Part shown: one piece after another, positions 1-11,116 of the stretch | Numbering within the stretch: position 1 is the first letter of the stretch | Layout: every line of letters starts with the position of its first letter | Assembly (NCBI GenBank): GCA_950097015.1 | Contig: CATNEN010000007.1 | Location: 12,710,001-12,774,000 of the forward strand | Reading direction: 5' to 3' | DNA from: Macrostomum hystrix | Taxonomy: Eukaryota; Animalia; Platyhelminthes | Length of the DNA stretch: 64,000 bases | Program-made: the position numbers and the translations under genes | Notes under the pieces: generated by a model | Seen by the model: the letters and a program-made list of their open reading frames with translations, nothing else | The model's database searches: none | What the model was told of the DNA's origin: nothing

Positions 1-1059
1 TTTTGCTTCATGTTTTTTCTGTTGCTAGATTTGACTCTTCTGCTACTACATTTAGTACTCACATGAGTAGACATAAATGAATGCGGCGGTATTTATTGGC
101 CATGCGAATATTTCTCCACAATGAAGGTGCATATTTAAATGAAGCATTGCACAGATGCAGCCTGTTGCTGCACACCCAGCAACCCTTCAACGGAGCGGCC
201 GGTTCCAACGGAGCAACGGATTTAGGCATCGTGACTGCGCCAGTGGAGGCCAAATTCAATGAGCAGCTCTCGGTTGGAGTTTTTTTGCTAAGAATTCGCC
301 TATCCGCTCGGCTGGCTGGTAAATTATGAATTCTGAATTAGCAAACTCGTGCCGGATGCTCCCAGCTCCGCATCGCATTGCCGGCTTGCCCGACATTTGT
401 GGAGCTCCGGATCCGCGCCCCACTAATGCCGAATGCCGCAGACCAGCCCTACCCTCGGATTCCCCAGCGGCGTGGCGCGACTCTGAGCGGGTCGCGACCC
501 ACCCCAGCCCGCCGTGTCAGAGCGGAGGGCTGAGGTGGGGCGGATCAACTGATGAGATTCGGCGGGATAATCTGGGCAGGATTTTTCTAGAAGCGATCCC
601 GAAGAGACGAGAAGACAGCACGAAGACTGCTCAAAAAGCAAGGCAAACGGGCTCTGAGGCCCAGTCAAAATGGCCTTCTTCTGCTTCCGGTGCTGGGCAA
701 GAAACACAGAAATTGCGTGGCGACAGGCCGTTGATCCCGAGCTGCGGAAGCGGTGATTTAATTCTGCCCATGCGCCCGCCCACGAGTGCAGGCGGGCTGG
801 GCGGCCTGTACCCAGCGCAATCCCCAGGACAGGCAGGCGGCTCGGACCAATGGCAACGCCGAAGCTGGCAGCATTGGCTGCAGGCACAGCACAGCCCTCT
901 GTCTGCATCCTCTGCTTTCTTAGGATTCCCCCCCGGATCGATTTATGCTTGGCGGGCAGCGCAGCAGGCCAGTGTTTGAGCTGCACTGAAAGCAGTCGCT
1001 GGCACAACATGCATTAGCGAGACACAAGAATAGCAGTAGCAGCAGCAGCAGCAGCGAAC

Positions 1060-4000
1060 ATGAGCTCCCGGCTCAGGTGCTCACAGTCGGCGTTCTTCAA
1101 TCGGGCATTCGAGCTGAGCCACATCGAGGAGGGTGAGCGCCTCGAGGACCAATATGGTCCTTGAACTGGAGCGAATGCTCTGGCTGGAAGGAGCAGTTGA
1201 TAATGCAGCTAGAGAGAGCAGAGGGGAGCTGAGAGAGAGCGGGGGGAGCTGAGAGAGAGCGGAGGGGAGCTGAGAGATAGCGGAGCGGAGCTGAGAGAGA
1301 GCGGAGGGAGCTGAGAGAGAGCGGGGGGAGCTAAGAGAGAGCGGAAGGAGCTGAGAGAGAGCGGAGGGGAGCTGAGAGAGACGGAGGGGAGCTGAGAGAG
1401 AGCGGAGGGAGCTGAGAGAGATCGGAGCGGAGCTGAGAGAGAGCGGAGGGAGCTGAGAGAGAGCTGGGGGAGCTAAGAGAGAGCGGAGGGAGCTGAGAGA
1501 GAGCGGAGGGGAGCTGAGAGAGAGCGGAGGGGAGCTGAGAGAGAGCGGAGGGGAGCTAGAGAGAGCGGAGGGAGCTGAGAGAGAGCGGAGGGGAGCTGAG
1601 AGAGAGCGGAGGGGAGCTGAGAGAGAGCGGAGGGGAGCTAGAGAGAGCGGAGGGGAGCTGAGAGAGAGCGGAGGGGAGCTGAGAGAGAGCGGAGGGGAGC
1701 TAGAGAGAGCGGAGGGGAGCTGAGAGAGAGCGGAGGGGAGCTGAGAGAGAGCGGAGGGGAGCTAGAGAGAGCGGGGGAGCTGAGAGAGATCGGAGGGGAG
1801 CTGAGAGACAGCGGAGGGGAGCTGAGAGAGAGCGGAGGGGAGCTGAGAAGGCTAGGAGCCGGCAGTACTTAGTGGAGGCGAAGGCGCGGGCATGCGGAAC
1901 GGTCCGAGGCCTGATAAGATCACTAGAAAAAGTGATTAAATCAGCGACCTGCCTTTGACTGCACACTAGCTGGAGCAGAAATCCCAAAGTGCGATCGCGC
2001 GGCCCGAGGCAGCAGAAATTCAGTTCCCTCTCCGCAATCACTGGCTTCCCCCTATCCGTGCTCACAGCCCGTGCGCTGCTGCCGCCGGCAATTGCTGCTG
2101 TTGAATGGCTGGCAGCGGTAGGGAAACAGAGGGACTGAGTTCGGGGCCTGCACTGAGCGGAGCGATGCACTTTTAATGCGGCAAGTGCGCCTCCGTCCCC
2201 CAGCTAGACAGGTGGGGCTTTCGGCGGGCTTCGAGACAGCTTTTAACAAAGGCCTGGCGGGGACAAAAGGAATGAATAGGCTTAGGTGACAGACTGCGGG
2301 CTCGGCCTCCGCTGTGAGGCTGCGCGAACTGAAAATTAGCGACACTGGCTGGCCTGTCACTAATCCTTTGAATAAACCAGCTATTCTCACGAATTCAAGA
2401 GGCCTGTAAATGCCCACATACAGTTCCTACTGTAAGAGGACATTGATTGCTCTGCTTATCAAGCCATATGCCTGGTTTATTTGCTCATTCACTTTTCTCA
2501 GTAAAGCCTGAACTGCAACTCACTGAACCTGAACTGCAACTCACTGAACCTGAACTGCAACTCACTGAACCTGAACTGCAACTTACTGAACCTGAACTGC
2601 AACTTACTGAACCTGAACTGCAACTCACTGAACCTGAACTGCAACTCACTGAACCTGAACTGCAACTCACTGAACCTGAACTGCAACTCACTGAACCTGA
2701 ACTGCAACTCACTGAACCTGAACTGCAACTCACTGAACCTGAACTGCAACTCACTGAACCTGAACTGCAACTCACTGAACCTGAACTGCAACTCACTGAA
2801 TTCGCAGAAACCCATTGCCTGGTCGCTGGCCATGATGGCCCTCAGTCAGCTGCCACTGCCGCTGCTAAAGACGCTCTTGCTGCCTCAACGTCGACTTTTG
2901 CTACGGACGCTGCGGGCGTGTCCCGAAGCCCCAGCGACCTACTGCAGGTGGAGCTCCGCTGCGTTGACCGCCGCCGCCGCTCGCAGCAGTCCATGGGCGG
3001 CTGCAGTATCGGTGGAGGTCCCGCTGTGCAGCTGGCGGTGCCGCTGCCCGGAACTCAGGGGCAGCCGCGGGGCAGCTTCTCGCAGCACTCAGCCCGCTCA
3101 GCCCGCTCCTCCATCGCCTCGGACCCCGGCATCCTCATGATGGACGTGCACCAGCCGGCGCACGCCCTGGACCCCAAGTACATGTACCACGCCTTTGTCT
3201 GCTACCACGCCTCGGACAGACAGTGGGCGCTGGGCCTCATCAAGCGGCTGGAGGCCGAGCCCTACTGCTATCGCCTCTGCTACGACATGCGCGACTTCAA
3301 CCGGACCTTCTCGCACATCCAGAATGTTGTCTGCTCCGTGATGCTGAGCCAGCGCGTCATCCTGGTGCTCAGTGGCCAGTTCGTGGCGCACAGCTGGCCG
3401 GAGCTGGAGGACGCCCTGCAGCACGCCTGCCCGCCAGCCGGCCAGCGCAAGCGCAAAATTATCCCGGTCACGCTGGGCGACTCGCTAGAGCTGCCCGACC
3501 TCATCAAGCCGCTCACCGTGCTCAGCGCCAACCACCGCAACTTTTTCGACCGCCTCCTGCTAACGCTCAAGCACGGTGAGTCCAGCCTGCGATTGGCTCT
3601 TGTTATCTGGACCATCTGGAGCTCTGTGATTGGCTTGGGGTTCTAGTAATCTCTAATCCATGAACTATGTACGTGGCCCACGGCCTTGGCCAACCATATG
3701 TCCCTATACTAAGCTTGCGATTGGCCAGTTTCTCTGACAAGATCGCACTCTAGCAGTTCTGAGCCCCGAACGCATCCCGCAGAGAACATCGTGCTGTCCG
3801 AGTCCTCCACGACTCTGTGGTCCGTGACGTCGCACTCAGCCGGCTCGGAGAACGGCCACCTGCTGGTGCTGGCCCGGGGCCGCATCGCCCGCCAGTGGAG
3901 CGCCCGGCCCGAGTTCCGGCACGCGCTGGACCAGAGCCGGCACCAGCCCTCCGTGGAGCTCGTGGACTCGTTTGTGAGTGCGGAACTGCTCAGCCGCCCT

Positions 4001-7000
4001 TTCCCCTCTCTCACCTGTTGCTGCCCTAACTACTTATTGATGCATTCATGTCTCAGATAGCCTGCCTGCCACACTGGATCTCTGCGGCTTTCAAACTGCC
4101 TGCTTTGTCTTCCACTCTCCCAATGCAGCTCGTATCAACCCATTCCCTTCCCGACCATTGCTTCATCAGTTCTGAGCATAACAACTGCTACTAAAATGCA
4201 GCGGGCCAGATGCTGCTCCCCACAGAAACTCCTTGCCAACTCGCTAATGGCGATACGCAACAGCTCACCCAGCTGCTGCTGCTGCTGCTGCTGCTGCACT
4301 CGGAACCGCTCAGAGCTTGCAGAACACGATGAAAGAATGGAGGGAGGGGGCGAGTGAGCCAGGGAAGCTGGGGCAGCGGAGTCGCTGCAGCGGCATATTA
4401 GTGCACGCCCCCCAAGCCACATCGCATCGCCTCCGAAACCAGCCCCCCCTGCTCTGACGGAGACGCGGAGTTGGGGAGGCGTCTCAGAGTCTGCAGGATG
4501 GGGCCGGCCAGACCCGCATCTCACAGGCTCAGCCGCCCAGCTTCTTCTGTACAGGGCGGCCACGGAGACGAAGATCGCCCGGAACCCGCTTGCCCGGCTT
4601 GTTTTCGTTGGCGGCCATAAAATTTAACCCGGGCCTAATGGGATTAAGGAGGCCGTGAAGCTGGTGCGTCTGAGAGTCTGAGAATGCGCCTGCTTGTGTG
4701 CTCAAATTCGCAGTCCCGCTGAACAGCTGATCAAAGTTCCAGAAACTGATGCGACATTGACAGCCAGGTAGATGGAAGCCCACTTCGCTGACTCCTGAGC
4801 ACACACGCACACAGATTCTGTACGCAGGCACACGCTCACACAGGTGTACATCTGCCCTGAATTTCTTATCGTCAGGCAGTGTACACACTAACTGTGCCTT
4901 GGATGTACACACTAGCTTGCACGACAAGCCGCCCATGCGTCTCTCCACGACTGCGCCACAAATTAATGTGGCCTCACCGCGGAATCGAGCTCAGGACCTT
5001 GGTGCGAGAGACAGACGCGTTAACCGCTCTGCCACTCACCCCCTAGTCAGTGGGGTGGTATTAAGTGTGGGTGCCAACACTTAAGTGGGGTAAGATAAGT
5101 CTGCTAATTTATAATACACTGTAGGGTCGATAGTTTCAATACTTCCGGATCAATTTAGACCCAACTCTGCTAGTCCACCCTGAATTGAAGCCCAACGGAA
5201 AACCGACTTCCAGTTCAGCGCCGCGGACCTCGGCGCCATGATGTCGGGCATCTTCAGCGACGGCCAGCAGCTGGACTGGCGGCTCTCGCACTGCCCATCG
5301 CTCGCCTTCCTGGCGCTGCTGTTGCTGTGGATTCTCGCCATCCTGGCCGTGCTGCTGCTGCTGCGGGAGCCTGCCAAGTGTGAGCTGCCGGCACTGCTGC
5401 GTCTCCCTTATTGAATAACTGAGGCTTGCCCTGTAACAGGCTTTGGCAATTCCTTGCAGACATCTTGTTTGTGCGCCTCGGTGTCTTCGTGCTGCCCGCC
5501 GTACTGCTGCTGGCCGGCTACTTCATCCGGTGGCGCTCCTTCAACTTCCATAAGGAGGAGGTGAGGTGGCTGTCTGGCTGGAGTGATCTGCCTGTCCTAC
5601 AGTGGGGTGGCTGTCTGGCTGGAGTGATCGGCCTGTCCTACAGTGGGGTGGCTGTCTGGCTGGAGTGATCTGCCTGTCCTACAGTGGGGTGGCTGTCTGG
5701 CTGGAGTGATCGGCCTGTCCTACAGTGGGGTGGCTGTCTGGCTGGAGTGATCGGCCTGTCCTACAGTGGGGTGGCTGTCTGGTTGGAGTGATCGGCCTGT
5801 CCTACAGTGGGGTGGCTGTCTGGTTGGAGTGATCGGCCTGTACTACAGTGGGGTGGCTGTCTGGTTGGAGTGATCGGCCTGTACTACAGTGGGGTGGCTG
5901 TCTGGCTGGAGTGATCTGCCTCCATAAGGATATGGAGGGCCTGTTTGGGAGGGCCAGTCAGAGTAGGCAGGGCCGGATTGTGAGGCTGCGAAGCTGAGAT
6001 GATGGCCTCATCAAGCGGAGCAGGCAATGGAGCTGCTGTGCCAGGCCTGCCGCGCCTAAAATTCACTTTAGGCTTCCCATTCCCTGAGCAGCTCGGGGGC
6101 GCCGGAGCTGGCTGTGTGGCCGGCTCAGCGGCTGGGGAAATTTGGCAGTGCGGGAAGTCAACGCGGGCCAAGTTAGAGTAATTGATCCACCATCAAGTTT
6201 TCCTCGGCACAGTCGCCGCGCTTCGCCCGCCTCAATCATTGAGAATCATTGAGAATCATTGAGAAGACGGGGCCGGGGGAGAAAGTGGCCGGGAAAGGCT
6301 CGCGCTGGGCAAGTCAAAGCCGAGCATTTCATCTGCAGCACTAGTGAGGCTTCTCTATCAAGAGAGGCATCAGGAGAGGCACGGCCTCTAAACCTCCCAT
6401 TTCTCGTTTGAATCCCCCGGCCGCACATCCGATGGGCTTGAAGGGAGGCCAGGAAGGACTTGGGCGGGACGCGGATTGCAGTGGCCGGCCTCTGAAACCC
6501 GCAGCTATCCAGACGGATCTTCATGAACACGGTGCGGGCCAATGCCCTGCTCTATGCCAGCCGGCGGCCCTTCATTGTGTCTACCTTCCACTTCAAGAAG
6601 GACGACAGCTACCAGGTCAGGCCTCGCTTCCGTCCAATCATGCTCAGAATCGCTGCTGTGAGGTCACGGATCTCAACTTGCCTTTCCATTTCACCCCTTC
6701 GCTGCAGGTTTTTCTGATGTATTACAACCCGGAGGAGTGCGTGGTGAGTGGTGGGACTGGCTGTGACATTCGCGGGCTTTGTTACTGCCTGATTAAAAGT
6801 GCACTGGATTGCAAATCTACCCCCTTGCAGCTTCGGGTGTTTGAGTAGACTGGATTGCTAATCTACCCCATTGCAGCTTCGGGTGTTTGAATAGACTGGA
6901 TTGCAAATCTACCCCCTTGCAGCTTCGGGTGTTTGAGTAGACTGGATTGCTAATCTAGCCCCTTGCAGCTTCGGGTGTTTGAGTAGACTGGATTGCTAAT

Positions 7001-10000
7001 CTAGCCTATTGTTGCTTCGGGTGTTTGAGTAGACTGGATTGCTAATCTAGCCCCTTGCAGCTTCGGGTGTTTGAGTAGACTGGATTGCTAATCTAGTCCC
7101 TTGCCGCTTCGGGTGTTTGAGTAGACTGGATTGCTAATCTAGCCTATTGCAGCTTCGGGTGTTTGAGTAGACTGGATTGCTAATCTAGTCCCTTGCAGCT
7201 TCGGGTGTTTGAGTAGACTGGATTGCTAATCTAGCCTATTGCAGCTTCGGGTGTTTGAGTAGACTGGATTGCTAATCTACCCCTTTGCAGCTTCGGGTGT
7301 TTGAGTAGACTGGATTGCTAATCTAGCCCCTTGCAGCTTCGGGTGTTTGAGTAGACTGGATTGCTAATCTAGCCTATTGTTGCTTCGGGTGTTTGAGTAG
7401 ACTGGATTGCTAATCTAGCCCCTTGCAGCTTCGGGTGTTTGAGTAGACTGGATTGCTAATCTAGTCCCTTGCCGCTTCGGGTGTTTGAGTAGACTGGATT
7501 GCTAATCTAGCCTATTGCAGCTTCGGGTGTTTGAGTAGACTGGATTGCTAATCTACCCCCTTGCAGCTTCGGGTGTTTGAGTAGACTGGATTGCTAATCT
7601 AGTCCCTTGCAGCTTCGGGTGTTTGAGTAGACTGGATTGCTAATCTAGCCTATTGCAGCTTCGGGTGTTTGAGTAGACTGGATTGCTAATCTACCCCCTT
7701 GCAGCTTCGGGTGTTTGAGTAGACTGGATTGCTAATCTAGCCCCTTGCAGCTTCGGGTGTTTGAGTAGACTGGATTGCTAATCTAGCCTATTGTTGCTTC
7801 GGGTGTTTGAGTAGACTGGATTGCTAATCTAGCCCCTTGCAGCTTCGGGTGTTTGAGTAGACTGGATTGCTAATCTAGTCCCTTGCCGCTTCGGGTGTTT
7901 GAGTAGACTGGATTGCTAATCTAGCCTATTGCAGCTTCGGGTGTTTGAGTAGACTGGATTGCTAATCTAGTCCCTTGCAGCTTCGGGTGTTTGAGTAGAC
8001 TGGATTGCTAATCTAGCCTATTGCAGCTTCGGGTGTTTGAGTAGACTGGATTGCTAATCTACCCCTTTGCAGCTTCGGGTGTTTGAGTAGACTGGATTGC
8101 TAATCTAGCCCCTTGCAGCTTCGGGTGTTTGAGTAGACTGGATTGCTAATCTAGCCTATTGTTGCTTCGGGTGTTTGAGTAGACTGGATTGCTAATCTAG
8201 CCCCTTGCAGCTTCGGGTGTTTGAGTAGACTGGATTGCTAATCTAGTCCCTTGCCGCTTCGGGTGTTTGAGTAGACTGGATTGCTAATCTAGCCTATTGC
8301 AGCTTCGGGTGTTTGAGTAGACTGGATTGCTAATCTACCCCCTTGCAGCTTCGGGTGTTTGAGTAGACTGGATTGCTAATCTAGTCCCTTGCAGCTTCGG
8401 GTGTTTGAGTAGACTGGATTGCTAATCTAGCCTATTGCAGCTTCGGGTGTTTGAGTAGACTGGATTGCTAATCTACCCCCTTGCAGCTTCGGGTGTTTGA
8501 GTAGACTGGATTGCTAATCTAGCCCCTTGCAGCTTCGGGTGTTTGAGTAGACTGGATTGCTAATCTAGTCCCTTGCAGCTTCGGGTGTTTGAGTAGACTG
8601 GATTGCTAATCTAGCCTATTGCAGCTTCGGGTGTTTGAGTAGACTGGATTGCTAATCTAGTCCCTTGCAGCTTCGGGTGTTTGAGTAGACTGGATTGCTA
8701 ATCTAGCCTATTGCAGCTTCGGGTGTTTGAGTAGACTGGATTGCTAATCTACCCCTTTGCAGCTTCGGGTGTTTGAGTAGACTGGATTGCTAATCTAGCC
8801 CCTTGCAGCTTCGGGTGTTTGAGTAGACTGGATTGCTAATCTAGCCTATTGTTGCTTCGGGTGTTTGAGTAGACTGGATTGCTAATCTAGCCCCTTGCAG
8901 CTTCGGGTGTTTGAGTAGACTGGATTGCTAATCTAGTCCCTTGCCGCTTCGGGTGTTTGAGTAGACTGGATTGCTAATCTAGCCCTTTGCAGCTTCGGGT
9001 GTTTGAGTAGACTGGATTGCTAATCTAGTCCCTTGCCGCTTCGGGTGTTTGAGTAGACTGGATTGCTAATCTAGTCCCTTGCAGCTTCGGGTGTTTGAGT
9101 AGACTGGATTGCTAATCTAGCCTATTGCAGCTTCGGGTGTTTGAGTAGACTGGATTGCTAATCTACCCCCTTGCAGCTTCGGGTGTTTGAGTAGACTGGA
9201 TTGCTAATCTAGCCCCTTGCAGCTTCGGGTGTTTGAGTAGACTGGATTGCTAATCTAGTCCCTTGCAGCTTCGGGTGTTTGAGTAGACTGGATTGCTAAT
9301 CTAGCCTATTGCAGCTTCGGGTGTTTGAGTAGACTGGATTGCTAATCTAGCCCCTGCAACAGAGGAAGCGCGCTCTCGCACTCCAGGAGTACATTCGGCA
9401 GATTCTGCTGCGAGTGCGGACTGTCGAGTACAGGAAGCTGGCGAGCCTGCTGGCGGTGTACACCCTGGACGCCGACTACCTGCGAGGAGTGAGTGCTGGC
9501 GCATTCTTGAGTACGAGCTACAGCTTGAGTACACTGAGCTCCAGACTCTGCGATGTTGAATTCGATCTTTTTTTTAGATCCATTCATTTAGCCTCACCCC
9601 GATCCATTCACTGGGGAAATCGAGCGGGTGGAGATTCTCCCAGTGGCAAGCCCTTGGCACAGCGTGGGTTGAGAGCAGCGAGGCACCCAAGTAGAGAATG
9701 AAGGAACGCGGGAGAGTGCGATGGAAGCTGGGATCAAGATAGATTGTTCCCACTGAAGCCTATTCTTCACTGAGTGCCGCGAAACTTCGATACCCGGGTG
9801 GCCAGCTAGCCAGAAAGTCTTGAGCCGCCCGCCATCCGTCATCGGGCAGCTCCTTACAGCTGTCCTTCTGTACTTTCTTCTAAAAGGTATTTCCCTGCAC
9901 TAGAACCATAGCCGAAGTCCACCTTTGTCAGGATTTAAATTGGTGCACAAATAGGCAATGTCTACTCTCGCAACCCCCGAAACGCTGGCTCGGCAGCACC

Positions 10001-10404
10001 GGCTTGAAGAGCGGATCGCCGTGATGATGTGCGGCGCCTACGGCCTGGAGCTGGCCACCAAGAAGCTTCCGGCGCCTATCGAGCAGCGGCACACGCGCAA
10101 GCGGCAGTGCCTGTGCCAGTTCGTGGAGGAGTTCCTAGCCGCCTACCTGCCCATGCTGCAGCACTCCGAGTCCTTCACTGTGCAGCACATCCGCACTGTG
10201 TTTCTGCGCTACCTGAACTGCACGATCTTCCCCGACCAGGTGGTGGTGGAGACCCTCGGCTTGGTGTGTCCTAGCGACCTGGAGGCCGAGGATCTCACGC
10301 GTGAGGGGAAGCGCCGGCGGCTGGAAGTCAACTCGAAGGAAGACAAGATTGACGACCCCAGCGTGGCGGCACCGATGTCGCAGGATCAGGAAGAGGCCGT
10401 GTGA
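1060..10404 (+). CDS. TIR domain + TMEM268(DUF4481)-like two-TM fusion protein, ~651 aa, 9 exons: 1060-1132, 2808-3575, 3783-3973, 5214-5379, 5460-5560, 6505-6615, 6708-6743, 9387-9488, 9997-10404
   Basis: All introns are GT..AG with matching phases, total 1956 nt (652 codons). Exon 2 has TIR motifs YHAFVCY, LCYDMRDF, SQRVILVLSGQFVAHSWPELE, IIPV. Later exons give ENGHLLVL, two hydrophobic helices, ANALL, QVFLMYYNPEECVEYI and AVMMCGAYGLELATKKLP..RHT..CLCQFVEEFL, collinear with TMEM268 as recalled. The exon 4, 8 and 9 acceptors are less certain. AATAAA at 10597. Confidence 0.78.
1209..1848. repeat. GA-rich ~21-bp minisatellite (GAGAGAGCGGAGGGGAGCTGA) in intron 1 of the TIR gene
   Basis: Directly visible tandem array with 20-21 bp units. 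Confidence 0.95.
2507..2800. repeat. 21-bp minisatellite (CCTGAACTGCAACTCACTGAA) x14
   Basis: Near-perfect tandem array ending just before the CAG acceptor at 2805-2807. Confidence 0.95.
5566..5920. repeat. 41-bp intronic minisatellite (GTGGCTGTCTGGCTGGAGTGATCGGCCTGTCCTACAGTGGG), ~8.5 copies
   Basis: Period 41 (5566, 5607); starts immediately after the exon 5 donor. Confidence 0.95.
6803..9357. repeat. 46-bp intronic minisatellite (TAGACTGGATTGCTAATCTAGCCCCTTGCAGCTTCGGGTGTTTGAG), ~55 copies
   Basis: Period 46 (6846, 6892); fills intron 7 of the TIR-TMEM268 gene. Confidence 0.97.
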
Positions 10405-11116
10405 GAATAGGCGGGGCCGATGCAACGAGTTTTTTTGGAAATGCAAAATTTGCCAGCTAGGCTGCGTGAATCTGGATTATGTTTTGAGAGGAAGGCACAA
10501 ATGAAGGCTTAAGCTCAGACAAACCCGAAGTACATGTACTTTTTCGCCTCGCTTTCTCATTGTATATCTCGTTTTTGTGGTTTTCTAACGTTGGCAAATA
10601 AAACTCTTGATCGCTTGCACATTCATCGCACCGCGAATACGCATTTCTCGATGACGGTAAAATCTAATCAACTTTCATCTCAAAACGAACAGAACTTTGT
10701 TCGATCGAAGCAATATTGCACAAAGCCTACACAAAGCAGTGTTTGAGAACAGTTAGTGGCCTTCGTTCTTATAAATCAAACGTACTGTAGGTATCTACAT
10801 ACACGTGATTTCTCTCTGCCTGAAGCTGCCATAAAAGCAACAACTACATGTTGCATTTTAAACTCTTGCTGACGGGAAAACTTTACCTTGAATGTTTTTG
10901 CGAAAATTGTCCTAGTATACTATGATTTCATTTAAAATTAGGGGAAGTAAAATCCGACTGCAAGTCTCTAGCTTGAGAAAAATAATCATTATAGTATGAC
11001 TCTTGTAGCTAGGTCCAAAAATATAACTCATATAAGTTGTGAATAAATGTATTTAGATCAAGAAAATATTGTTCTAGTCGTAATTAGGGTTACTGCTGCA
11101 TATAGAGGAGCATGTA

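Noticed and set aside
6803-9357. CRISPR-like regular repeats (this and other arrays)
   Set aside because: Head-to-tail units without unique spacers, no cas genes, eukaryotic intronic context.
9958-10404. Stand-alone 148-aa gene
   Set aside because: Better explained as the last exon of the TIR-TMEM268 gene.
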